64,000 bases of DNA from Fibrobacteria bacterium (GTDB lineage: Bacteria; Fibrobacterota; Chitinivibrionia; Chitinivibrionales; FEN-1185), in assembly GCA_037447435.1 (NCBI GenBank), contig JBBIGR010000002.1:96001-160000 (forward strand). Direction: 5' to 3'. The notes below the pieces were generated by a model. The model saw only the letters and a list, made by a program, of their open reading frames with translations, was not told the origin of the DNA and ran no database searches. The position numbers and the translations under genes are program-made. Shown in pieces: positions 20,126 to 29,006 of the stretch; the first letter of the stretch is position 1; each line of letters begins with the position of its first letter.

Positions 20126-20173
20126 ATCAATCTCAGCCTTTGTTCGCATGCCGTTGTCGATACGGTAAAATTC

Positions 20174-20213
20174 AAAAACAAAAAGGAGACCTTTCGGCCT
20201 CCTTTTTGTTTTT
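20174..20213. terminator. Bidirectional intrinsic terminator
   Basis: AAAAACAAAAAGGAG...CTCCTTTTTGTTTTT between convergent glycosyltransferase and flagellin. Confidence 0.8.
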
Positions 20214-20236
20214 TCGAACGTTTCGCTTCTTTCTTA

Positions 20237-21109
20237 TTACTTGAGCAAAGAGAGAACACTTTGCGGAACAGAATTGGCCTGACTTAACATTGCAGTACCG
20301 GATTGCGTCAGGATCTGGTTCCTGGTGAATTTCGCAGTTTCCGATGCAAAGTCTACGTCGCGGATAAGCGATTCTGCAGACTGTTGATTCGTGTTGGATA
20401 TGTTCAGGTTGTTGATGGCATGTTCGAGTCTATTGATATAGGCTCCCATGTCCGAACGCATTCTGTTGACGCTGTCGATAGCACCGTCGAGGCTGCTGAT
20501 AGCAGTTACCGACGCTGTCTGGCTGGTAAGATGTTGCAGTGTTGCGGATCCTACGGCACCGCCGACACCAAGGCTTTGGGCATTGAGTGTTGCAATGCTG
20601 ATCGTAATGCTGTCAATACCGCTGCGGGAATTCGCATCAATCCACAATGTCGATTGCGTTGCTCCGACATTCACCGCGCCAAAACGGCCTGCCGTTGTGG
20701 ACAATAATTGCTGTTTGTTGTAATTCGTCACATTGGCGATACGGTCTATTTCACTGTTGAGAGCCTGAAATTCCGATTCGCTATATGCACGTTCCACCGA
20801 GGTAAAGGTATCGTTGGAAGTCTGAACCGCAAGTTCACGCATACGCTGGAGTATGGAAGACACTTCGTTCGCCGCACCTTCGGCGATTGTCAGTGCGGCA
20901 ATTCCGTCCTGAGCATTTCTATTTGCCTGAGACGTACCATTGATTTGGGTGCGAAGGTTTTCCGACACGCCTAGTCCTGCGGCATCATCACTTGCTCTGT
21001 TGATGCGCAAGCCTGTTGACAACTTTTCCAATGACTTCGACATTTCTTTACCAACAGTGTAAAGAGATGTTTGCGTGACCATTGCGGCTATGTTATGATT
21101 AATACGCAT
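20237..21109 (-). CDS. fliC: Flagellin (short, 290 aa), downstream copy
   Basis: MRINHN, LSTGLRINRASDDAAG, QRMRELAVQ, GAYINRLEH, IRDVDFA. Confidence 0.97.
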   Translation of the reverse strand: MRINHNIAAMVTQTSLYTVGKEMSKSLEKLSTGLRINRASDDAAGLGVSENLRTQINGTSQANRNAQDGIAALTIAEGAANEVSSILQRMRELAVQTSNDTFTSVERAYSESEFQALNSEIDRIANVTNYNKQQLLSTTAGRFGAVNVGATQSTLWIDANSRSGIDSITISIATLNAQSLGVGGAVGSATLQHLTSQTASVTAISSLDGAIDSVNRMRSDMGAYINRLEHAINNLNISNTNQQSAESLIRDVDFASETAKFTRNQILTQSGTAMLSQANSVPQSVLSLLK

Positions 21110-21178
21110 AAGAGAACCTCCTTGTTAGAATGATGGCCATGCGCTAGACATCATTCGGTGACTTTGGCATCCTTGCCA
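21110..21178 (-). promoter_or_regulatory. Conserved structured flagellin 5' leader with CsrA-like GGA hairpin
   Basis: TGGC-AAGGAT-GCCA hairpin and AAGGAGG SD; near-identical to 22255..22322. Confidence 0.65.
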
Positions 21179-21250
21179 TTGAAGCATTTAAGAATCTTTA
21201 ACCGTATCTACTTTTTTCTTTCAAACACAAATCCTCGGTCTCATTAAATA

Positions 21251-21278
21251 CTATCGGCTTTGTGCAAAAACGTCTTTA
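21251..21278 (-). promoter_or_regulatory. Sigma28 (FliA/SigD) promoter
   Basis: TAAA-N16-GCCGATAG on minus strand. Confidence 0.8.
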
Positions 21279-21324
21279 ATATTTTTCTCCACATTTTTAA
21301 ATAGTTTACGCGGCTATTAAATAG

Positions 21325-21355
21325 CGTAGGGGAAAACCGTCTGTTTCCCCCTACG
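21325..21355 (-). terminator. Hairpin between the two flagellin genes
   Basis: CGTAGGGGAAA...TTTCCCCCTACG. Confidence 0.6.
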
Positions 21356-21381
21356 AAATGAAGCAAATGAATTTGACTAAA

Positions 21382-22254
21382 TTATCTCAATAGCGAAAGC
21401 ACGCTTTGCGGAACCGAATTCGCCTGACTTAACATCGCGGTACCGGATTGTGTAAGGATCTGGTTCCTGGTAAACTTCGCAGTTTCAGATGCAAAGTCCA
21501 CGTCACGAATAAGAGACTCGGCAGACTGCTGGTTCGTATTCGATATATTCAGGTTATTTATCGCATGTTCCAGCCTATTGATATACGCACCCATGTCCGA
21601 ACGCATTCTGTTGACACTGTCGATGGCACCGTCAAGGCTGCTGATGGCCGTCACCGATGAGGTCTGACTGGTAAGATGCTGCAATGTTGCAGAGCCTGCT
21701 AATCCGCCGACTCCAAGCGTTGCCGCGTTCAATGTTGCTATGCTGACCGTAATGCTATCTATACCGCTTCGAGAATTGGCGTCAATCCACAATGTCGATT
21801 GCGTTGCGCCAACATTGACTGCACCAAATCTGCCGGCAGCAGTAGAGAGCAATTGCTGTTTATTGTAATTAGTAACATTTGAAATACGGTCTATTTCACT
21901 GTTGAGCGCCTGAAATTCCGATTCACTGTAAGCACGCTCGACCGAGGTAAAAGTATCGTTTGAGGATTGAACGGCAAGTTCGCGCATACGTTGCAAAATC
22001 GAGGACACTTCATTTGCGGCACCTTCGGCGATTGTCAGTGCAGCAATTCCGTCTTGCGCATTTCTATTTGCCTGGGAAGTACCATTGATCTGTGTGCGAA
22101 GGTTTTCCGAAACACCGAGGCCGGCAGCATCATCACTGGCTCTATTGATGCGCAGACCTGTGGACAATTTTTCCAAAGACTTCGACATCTCTTTACCAAC
22201 AGTATAAAGAGAAGTTTGTGTGACCATCGCGGCTATGTTGTGATTAATACGCAT
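21382..22254 (-). CDS. fliC: Flagellin (short, 290 aa), upstream copy
   Basis: Same motifs; 10 aa differences from the other copy. Confidence 0.97.
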   Translation of the reverse strand: MRINHNIAAMVTQTSLYTVGKEMSKSLEKLSTGLRINRASDDAAGLGVSENLRTQINGTSQANRNAQDGIAALTIAEGAANEVSSILQRMRELAVQSSNDTFTSVERAYSESEFQALNSEIDRISNVTNYNKQQLLSTAAGRFGAVNVGATQSTLWIDANSRSGIDSITVSIATLNAATLGVGGLAGSATLQHLTSQTSSVTAISSLDGAIDSVNRMRSDMGAYINRLEHAINNLNISNTNQQSAESLIRDVDFASETAKFTRNQILTQSGTAMLSQANSVPQSVLSLLR

Positions 22255-22322
22255 AAGAGAACCTCCTTGTTAGAACGATATCCATGCGCTAGACATCATT
22301 CAGTGACCTGGCATCCTTGCCA
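22255..22322 (-). promoter_or_regulatory. Conserved structured flagellin 5' leader with CsrA-like GGA sites
   Basis: TGGCAAGGATGCCA hairpin, ATGGA, AAGGAGG. Confidence 0.65.
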
Positions 22323-22465
22323 ATAAGATTGAGATACATATTCGTCTGCAGATACTTTATCTTTTACAGCCTTCCGCCTCCTTCCTTTCCCATATTTTTT
22401 TGTCTCTTTCATGAAACTTATTTTAAAAATTGACGGAATTCAGGCTATTAGTTATCTCCTTTAAT

Positions 22466-22492
22466 TTATCGGTCCGAATATTGAGCACTTTA
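22466..22492 (-). promoter_or_regulatory. Sigma28 promoter
   Basis: TAAA-N15-ACCGATAA on minus strand. Confidence 0.72.
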
Positions 22493-22511
22493 GAAAAAAA
22501 TAATAATTAAA

Positions 22512-23558
22512 TCAAATAAATTCGGAGGCGGTTAATTGACCGCAAGCGCCTTTAATATCCTTGCCCCGGCTTTTTCGAACAGTGGCGGTTATTCCAAGAT
22601 CATAAAGCCCCTGAGTGAATTTATTGACCTTGTCCTCGGCTGGAGAAGAATAAATTCCCGAAGTACCGGGATTCACTGGAATTACATTAACCTTGCAAAC
22701 GATTTTCGTTAATAATGAGGCGAGCATTTTCATATGCTCGTAACCGTCATTTTCGTTTTCCACCAAAACATATTCAAACGTTACCGGTCTACCGGTTTTT
22801 TCAAAATATTCACCGGCTATCTCGACGAGCGTTTCAATCGGATATTTGTCGTTTATCGGCATTATCCTACTGCGATCCTCGTTATTGCAGGCATTAAGCG
22901 ATATTGCCAGGCCAATAGATAAATCTTCATTCAGCAGTTTACGGATCGACGGAACTACTCCTGCAGTCGATACGGTAATTCGTCTGCTTCCGATGGTAAA
23001 CCCGTTTTCCGATTGGATTATTTCAAGGCTCGACCGAAAGGCATCATAATTCGATAACGCCTCTCCCATGCCCATGAAAACGATATTCGTAACAAGTTTA
23101 TCGTTTTTTCCGGCCAAATAATCGTTTATTCCAATCAATTGTCCAATGATTTCACCTTGCGTCAGATTGCGAATAAACCCTAAGGCTCCTGTTTCACAAA
23201 ACACACAACCCAAATTACAGCCGATTTGACTCGATAAACAAGCGGTTCGCCTGTCTCCATCAATAAGCAAAACACTTTCAACGACCCATTTTCCGTCATT
23301 CGACAAAAAGCCGAATTTCACCGCATCGTTATCCTTTGATTCCAACACAACCCGGACCGGGAGTTTGTCAGTGGTGAATTGTTCCGCCATTTTCTGCCGG
23401 GAGGTTTTTGAAACATTCAGCATCCCGTCAAACGACGAAACGCGTTTCTGATATAGCCACTTCACAATTTGCGTCACTCGGAAGGCAGGTTCACCCAAGC
23501 AGGTTATGGCTTTGGACAGCTCCGGAAGAGAAAAGTCTTTTAGATTGGGTAACGTCAT
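22512..23558 (-). CDS. rlmN: 23S rRNA (A2503-C2)/tRNA methyltransferase RlmN
   Basis: CLSSQIGCNLGCVFC, MGMGE, TVSTAG, FEY, ACGQL. Confidence 0.95.
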   Translation of the reverse strand: MTLPNLKDFSLPELSKAITCLGEPAFRVTQIVKWLYQKRVSSFDGMLNVSKTSRQKMAEQFTTDKLPVRVVLESKDNDAVKFGFLSNDGKWVVESVLLIDGDRRTACLSSQIGCNLGCVFCETGALGFIRNLTQGEIIGQLIGINDYLAGKNDKLVTNIVFMGMGEALSNYDAFRSSLEIIQSENGFTIGSRRITVSTAGVVPSIRKLLNEDLSIGLAISLNACNNEDRSRIMPINDKYPIETLVEIAGEYFEKTGRPVTFEYVLVENENDGYEHMKMLASLLTKIVCKVNVIPVNPGTSGIYSSPAEDKVNKFTQGLYDLGITATVRKSRGKDIKGACGQLTASEFI

Positions 23559-23569
23559 GGAATTAATTT

Positions 23570-24016
23570 TTACTTCGCTATTGTTTTTTGGTTAATCGGT
23601 TGCAGCGGTTTTCCGGACTCATCGTACAACTTTTGCTCGCCGCTCTCCTTATTGTCGACAAACTCGATTTTTGCCATGAGCATACCGCTGGGATAATAAT
23701 ATTTCGCCAGGCCCTGGCGTTTATCGTCGCGATATCTGATTTCCGCCTTCATGACGCCGTTTTCAAAATATTGCCGAGTCGTACCGTTCAATTTGCCGTC
23801 CTCATATTCGTAAACAGCTTCGAGTTTTCCGCCGGGATAATAGCTTTTAATGATTTTTTTTCTGTCGAAATTGCTCGATTGTAATTCAACGCCGCCCGAC
23901 GGATAATACCCCCTGAACACTTGACCGCTTATCGTACCTATTCCCGGAGGAAGCGGCAAAAGCCCGGTGATGAATACCGATGCGAGGACCAAAACAATCC
24001 TTGATTTTCTCATCAT
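23570..24016 (-). CDS. Exported MORN-variant repeat protein
   Basis: YY.sG / Y.dgk..G repeats; N-terminal hydrophobic segment; start ATG 24016 inferred. Confidence 0.8.
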   Translation of the reverse strand: MMRKSRIVLVLASVFITGLLPLPPGIGTISGQVFRGYYPSGGVELQSSNFDRKKIIKSYYPGGKLEAVYEYEDGKLNGTTRQYFENGVMKAEIRYRDDKRQGLAKYYYPSGMLMAKIEFVDNKESGEQKLYDESGKPLQPINQKTIAK

Positions 24017-24089
24017 ATATTTTATGGAAAAGGATTTTTGCAACTCTACCAGTCTTATAAAATACAGAATGGATACGGCCATTTCACGT

Positions 24090-25910
24090 ATGTACCTTAA
24101 AAGTGCGATATTCTATTGGATTTGCATGACGGTACTGTGCGGCGCACGATTGGGCCCTCCGGCATCGTGTCAGCCCGCCGAACCCCAGGCCGCCTATCTG
24201 TTTCCTTCGGAAACTCCAATAACCCAACTCGATCAGTGGAAACAGCGCATGGCCGATTCGATTGCCTTTAAAGAATACGCCTACGACGATTCCGCCTGGG
24301 CGACCGGTCCGAGCGGCATATTATGGGCTAATGAAAATGGCCGGGGAAAAGGGATTCGCTGGTTCAGAAAAATAATTTTCATTCCGGAGCAATTGGACTC
24401 TTTACAGGCGCTGGCTGTTTATCAGCGAAGTATCGTATGCGCCAACGATCTCTTTTGGGACGGAAGACTGATTTCACGGAACGGGAAGATCGGCAATTCG
24501 AAGGACGGCGAAATCCCCGGAGCTTCCTCCCGGATAACGATCATTCCAAATAGCCTCAGCAATCCGGGGAAACATGTCATGGCCCTCTGCGTATCCAATT
24601 ACCATACCTATTCCGGGCTCGTCGAGGCACCTTTACAAATTGGCTATTTATCCGAACTATTGAATTCCATTCATCGTAACGAAACGATCCTTTTGCTTTG
24701 CGCGGGTATTTTCCTTATCACCGCTTTGTTTCACTTTGCCGTTATTTTCGGAAGGGCCACGGGCCCCGCTTATGCATTGTTCGGCCTTTTATGTTTTTCA
24801 AGTGCAGCCTATCTTCTCATTGACACCATGATACATTATTTTCCTTTCGGCCTCGACCATTATTACTCGATCGCGTTGATAAACGACATTCCCTGGTTTT
24901 GCATGATGACGTTTTTGCCGGTTTTCTTTTTATATGAATTTTCGGTGCCGTTTCGCAACATTTGCGCGGCCGGCATCGCAGCGGTCGCGTTGTGCTGCAT
25001 TGTTCCGCCCCGGCTTATCATGTTCGATCTGCTGCCCGCATCCTGGCTGCCGGGGTTTGTCGTTTTAAACCAATACCTCATGTATGCGGTAACCCTAGTT
25101 GCCGCAGTTATAGCCTTTATCAATTTCTTATTTAAAAAACCCCACAGCCTGCTTTCGTTCATCGGCTGCATCGTGCTATTCATAGGCATTTACTTTTCAT
25201 CAATTTTCCATATACAATACGCCTGGGCCATCGGCTTTTGCGTGCTTATCGTCATGCTGACCATTTCGTTGTCGCGCCGCTTGGCAAATCAAAACAAGCA
25301 ACGACAGGAAAGCCGGTTACGCAGCGCCCGGCTCGAACTCGAATTGTTAAAAAAGCATATTCAGCCGCATTTTTTGCTGAATTCATTGAACTCCATCATT
25401 GCCTGGCTTGAGGAAAACCCGCAAACCGCTGCGAAACTGGTGCATGCGCTTGCCGAAGAATTACGGACGATCCTGGATTTCTCAAAAGAGAAACTCGTAT
25501 CGGTCAATGAGGAAATCAGGGTATGCAAACTTCATCTTGAGGTTATGGGGTTGCGCCGGGATGCGGCATATACGCTTGATGCAGATGCCGCTCCACCCGG
25601 GGAAAAACTCCCGCCGCTTCTTTTCCACACGCTTTTGGAAAATGCATTGACACACGGAAATCCCGTCGCTAACAACCTCGAATTTTCCATACGAAGGTCC
25701 GAAACGTCCGCGAATATCGAATATCGAATGTTTAACGAATGCCTACCCCCTGACGGTATCGCCGACACGCCGAAAGAAGGCACCGGCATCCGGTATGTCA
25801 AGTCTCGGCTCCAGGAGGCTTTTCCAAAAGCGTGGCAAATGACCTACGGCCCCGTGCAAAACGGGTGGGAAGTAAAAATCATTATCGCAAAATCCGGGAG
25901 AAGCGTATGA
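24090..25910 (+). CDS. LytS-family sensor histidine kinase with periplasmic beta-sandwich and multi-TM region
   Basis: ELLK.HIQPHFL.NSLN.I, ENA..HG, GTGI; YDDS.W..WFRK N-domain; start approximate. Confidence 0.9.
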   Translation: MYLKSAIFYWICMTVLCGARLGPPASCQPAEPQAAYLFPSETPITQLDQWKQRMADSIAFKEYAYDDSAWATGPSGILWANENGRGKGIRWFRKIIFIPEQLDSLQALAVYQRSIVCANDLFWDGRLISRNGKIGNSKDGEIPGASSRITIIPNSLSNPGKHVMALCVSNYHTYSGLVEAPLQIGYLSELLNSIHRNETILLLCAGIFLITALFHFAVIFGRATGPAYALFGLLCFSSAAYLLIDTMIHYFPFGLDHYYSIALINDIPWFCMMTFLPVFFLYEFSVPFRNICAAGIAAVALCCIVPPRLIMFDLLPASWLPGFVVLNQYLMYAVTLVAAVIAFINFLFKKPHSLLSFIGCIVLFIGIYFSSIFHIQYAWAIGFCVLIVMLTISLSRRLANQNKQRQESRLRSARLELELLKKHIQPHFLLNSLNSIIAWLEENPQTAAKLVHALAEELRTILDFSKEKLVSVNEEIRVCKLHLEVMGLRRDAAYTLDADAAPPGEKLPPLLFHTLLENALTHGNPVANNLEFSIRRSETSANIEYRMFNECLPPDGIADTPKEGTGIRYVKSRLQEAFPKAWQMTYGPVQNGWEVKIIIAKSGRSV

Positions 25911-26617
25911 ACGTCCTTATTGTCGAAGACGAAGCAGTGGCAGCCCGAAGGCTTGCGCGAATGACCCGGGAGCTCCTCGGTACCGTCCTCACATCATTAA
26001 CAACGGCAAAAACGGTCGAAGAAGCCGAAGCCCATATTTTGCGCAATAACACGAACCTCGTTTTATTGGACCTTACTATAAACGGCAAAAGCGGATTCGA
26101 TTTGTTTACACGGTTTACCGCAGGCTCGTTTCATACGATTGTCGTCTCGGGAAGCATCGATAAGGCGATAACCGCATTTGAATACGGCGTACTCGATTTT
26201 GTCGCAAAGCCCTTCGACAAAATCCGTTTGCAAAAAGCCTTCGACCGGTTGCAGTCGCCCCATGGAAACGGTGAAAACGCTTTGAAATATTTGTCGATAA
26301 AAAACCAAAGTGAAGTCAAACTGATTCCGCTTGATTCCGTGCATTATTTCAAAGGCGCCGACGATTATGTCGAAATCCATCTTCTTGACAATACGTATGA
26401 ACTATACAGCAAATCCATGGATTCTCTTTTGCAATTATTGCCTCCATCCTTCAACCGCATCCACAAATCGTTCATAGTGGATCTTTCAAGGGCGAAGACC
26501 ATTCATATTCATGGCGGAGGAAAATACGAACTCGAACTGCTCAGCGGATGCAAACTGCCCCTAAGCCGCACCCAATATCCCGTGATTCAAAACAAGTTAC
26601 AACCTGCCACTCTTTAA
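25907..26617 (+). CDS. LytTR-family response regulator
   Basis: VEDE, LLD, KP receiver; F.RIHKSFIV LytTR domain; ATGA overlap with the kinase. Confidence 0.93.
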   Translation: MNVLIVEDEAVAARRLARMTRELLGTVLTSLTTAKTVEEAEAHILRNNTNLVLLDLTINGKSGFDLFTRFTAGSFHTIVVSGSIDKAITAFEYGVLDFVAKPFDKIRLQKAFDRLQSPHGNGENALKYLSIKNQSEVKLIPLDSVHYFKGADDYVEIHLLDNTYELYSKSMDSLLQLLPPSFNRIHKSFIVDLSRAKTIHIHGGGKYELELLSGCKLPLSRTQYPVIQNKLQPATL

Positions 26618-26656
26618 TCTTCACTATTCACTCTTCACTCTTTAATCTTCAATCAG
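26608..26656 (+). repeat. Degenerate heptamer tandem repeat (YAMTCTT x7)
   Basis: cactctt taatctt cactatt cactctt cactctt taatctt caatcag. Confidence 0.65.
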
Positions 26657-26725
26657 TGCATTTCACCGACCCTTTGTGCAGTTTACTGATTGCCGATTGC
26701 TCATTCGATTTTGTTGTGGTAGATT
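26657..26725 (+). promoter_or_regulatory. 20-bp-period direct repeat (putative LytTR box) plus -10-like TAGATT
   Basis: TGCATTTCACCGA-ccctttg-TGCAGTTTACTGA immediately downstream of the LytTR gene. Confidence 0.65.
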
Positions 26726-26786
26726 TAACACATACAGTTTTAGTTGCGGTATTGATTTTGATACCTTTAACGAATCGAGGTCGGGC

Positions 26787-28040
26787 ATGAAAAAAAAAGC
26801 CATGCAATTGAGCGTTTCAATGGTTATCATTGGTATGTGCTTAACCAATATTTTCGCTGCAGACACGCAAAAACAGGAAATATCCGCTGCGGTCTCGGTC
26901 GATTCGACAAGCAAGAGCAAAGTAAAAGCCGATTCAGCCGCGGAACAGTCTTTGCCGTCTCTTTCCAAACCCAAAGTTCACTCGGAAGACATCAATACGA
27001 TAGAGAAAATGCAGGCCGAAGCGAATAAGCTCAGATCGGAAGCCAAGATTCTGCGCGCCATGGCCGATACGTTAAACAAGGCTTCCGACGATGCCGAAAA
27101 TAAAGTTGATGAGGCAAAGGAAAAAACGGAAAAACTCGACGAAGATCTGATCGATAAAAAGACTAAGCATATTGCCTACAAAGTAAAGCTGCAGGTCGAG
27201 CAAATGAAAAAACGCATCCTGGCCGATGTCGAACGGATTAAAAAACTCTACGGGCCGCAAGCCGCAAACGATTCTTTGGATAAAGTGTACAAAATGCAGG
27301 CCGACAGTATCGACACCATACTGGCCCACTCCGAAAAAGACACGTTATCGCAACTTGACAAACAAAATGCTTTACTCGCTCAAATTCATCAAAATTCCGA
27401 GGCATTGCTCGAAAAATCAAAGGAGATGTCGGTCAAAGCCCGTGAAATGGAAGACGCTGCAAAAGACCGGGAAGAAATGGCCGATGAGCTTGCCGATAAA
27501 GCACGGAAACTTGCCGAAGACCAGAATCCTTTGCCGCTTTCGAAACGATTCCCCTTTCATTTCGGTTTTCAACTCAGGATAACGCAAGTGAAGCCCTTCC
27601 TTTCCGACAATGTCGACTTGCTTCTTTTGCACGGCCTCAATGTCGGTTATTCGGTTTCGCCGCGTATAAAAATCGGGTTGGAAGACATTTCTTTATACAT
27701 GCAGCAAACCATGCTTGGCAACCGTTACGCCATCACCGGCGGTCCGGCAATGAGCTATTCTATTTTTCCCTTTAAACGGCTTCAGCTGGGCGCAATTGCC
27801 GGAGCTTCGTTACAAGGGAGAGTCGGCTGTGAAAAGGCTGCACGAATGAGCGTCGCACCCTATGCGGCAATTTTCAATGAGGTTTGGGTGAGAAACCATT
27901 TCTCCATTAGCCCGATTTTGCGGATTAACTATGCCGCATACGGCCCCTATTACACTACTGCATTGAGTCAACATTCCGGTGTTCTGCCGCAAGGCGCCGT
28001 ATGGATGGATTTCGGTATCGGATACAATTTCAACTTTTGA
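26787..28040 (+). CDS. Exported protein: coiled coil plus C-terminal outer-membrane beta-barrel-like domain
   Basis: Signal peptide MKKKAMQ..IFA; heptad-rich middle; alternating beta strands ending IGYNFNF. Confidence 0.7.
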   Translation: MKKKAMQLSVSMVIIGMCLTNIFAADTQKQEISAAVSVDSTSKSKVKADSAAEQSLPSLSKPKVHSEDINTIEKMQAEANKLRSEAKILRAMADTLNKASDDAENKVDEAKEKTEKLDEDLIDKKTKHIAYKVKLQVEQMKKRILADVERIKKLYGPQAANDSLDKVYKMQADSIDTILAHSEKDTLSQLDKQNALLAQIHQNSEALLEKSKEMSVKAREMEDAAKDREEMADELADKARKLAEDQNPLPLSKRFPFHFGFQLRITQVKPFLSDNVDLLLLHGLNVGYSVSPRIKIGLEDISLYMQQTMLGNRYAITGGPAMSYSIFPFKRLQLGAIAGASLQGRVGCEKAARMSVAPYAAIFNEVWVRNHFSISPILRINYAAYGPYYTTALSQHSGVLPQGAVWMDFGIGYNFNF

Positions 28041-28057
28041 CCCGAAAGGATTCTATA

Positions 28058-28819
28058 ATGAAAAAACATATAAAAAACACAGTACTCGGTATTTTCGCCG
28101 CGGTCTGCGTTATTGCACTTAACGGATGCGTTTTCAACGTCGATCGAATCACCAAACAGAAGAGCGGTCAGGCGTCGAGCGACGGCCTTACCGAGGCAGC
28201 CATAGACATGAGCGGCTACTCCGGCGATATTACCGTCGGCGGGACCGAAGACTCTCTTGTTAAAGCAACCGTTTCCGTAAGCGAAATGGTCAAAACAGGC
28301 TCAGACAAATCCGCTTCCGACGAATTGGCAGTCACCGTAACCAAAACGGACAGCGTCGGTAGAATCGGTTTTGTTTTTTCCAGCGATAAAGACCTCTGGG
28401 AACAATTGCGTCTGGAAAACGTCACGTTGACTTGTAATAGCCAGCTTGCAATTTCCGCCAAAACCGTCAGCGGGGATATCAATGTAAACGATATCGCCGG
28501 AATTATTAATTTGGAAACGACAAGCGGCAATGTCTCTGCCGACGTGGTACGCGGGTGCAAAATTAAGGTGGTAAGCGGCGATGTCAATGTCTCCCTAAAA
28601 CCCGATTCGTCTTTCCGTCTTGCAAACATAGAAACCACCAGCGGCGATATTACGGTTCATGTCAAAAAAGGGCTTAAAGCCAATCTTGACCTCAAAACGA
28701 CAAGCGGCAGCATTCATACGCCAAACGATAATAATTCCTTATTAAACGGCGGTGATTCGTTGACGGCAATTACCTGCAAAGCAACGAGCGGAGATATCAG
28801 AATCGAAGAGGATCGATGA
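28058..28819 (+). CDS. DUF4097-like beta-strand repeat lipoprotein
   Basis: Lipobox LNGC; repeated T.SGDI units. Confidence 0.85.
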   Translation: MKKHIKNTVLGIFAAVCVIALNGCVFNVDRITKQKSGQASSDGLTEAAIDMSGYSGDITVGGTEDSLVKATVSVSEMVKTGSDKSASDELAVTVTKTDSVGRIGFVFSSDKDLWEQLRLENVTLTCNSQLAISAKTVSGDINVNDIAGIINLETTSGNVSADVVRGCKIKVVSGDVNVSLKPDSSFRLANIETTSGDITVHVKKGLKANLDLKTTSGSIHTPNDNNSLLNGGDSLTAITCKATSGDIRIEEDR

Positions 28820-28844
28820 AAACTGCCTAACAGGGAATATGAAA

Positions 28845-28886
28845 AAGAAAAGGTCTTGTTGCATTCTTGCAACAAGACCTTTTCTT
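28845..28886. terminator. Bidirectional terminator
   Basis: AAGAAAAGGTCTTGTTGCA-ttct-TGCAACAAGACCTTTTCTT. Confidence 0.85.
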
Positions 28887-28897
28887 ATATAAAACAA

Positions 28898-28981
28898 TGC
28901 GGCCGGTCAGACTCGAACTGACACAGGTTTACACCCACATGCCCCTCAAACATGCGTGTCTACCAATTCCACCACGACCGC
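28898..28981 (-). tRNA. tRNA-Leu(GAG), CCA not encoded
   Basis: GCGGTCG acceptor stem, TGGTGGAATTGGTAGAC D-arm, CATGT-TTGAGGG-GCATG anticodon arm, long variable arm, GTTCGAGTC; follows secG. Confidence 0.95.
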
Positions 28982-29006
28982 AAATTGTCAAACAACAAAC
29001 CGTATC

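Noticed and set aside
22277..22393. 38-codon ORF (MKETKKYG...) in the flagellin leader on the minus strand
   Set aside because: No SD and no counterpart in the paralog's leader; likely incidental
22512..23558. Cfr resistance methyltransferase
   Set aside because: Motifs and housekeeping context fit RlmN; nothing suggests mobility
23570..24016. YwqK-type antitoxin of a TA system
   Set aside because: A generic MORN-variant repeat protein with an export signal and no adjacent toxin
28898..28981. tRNA-Leu as the integration site of an island
   Set aside because: No duplicated tRNA 3' end or integrase seen; a terminator follows directly
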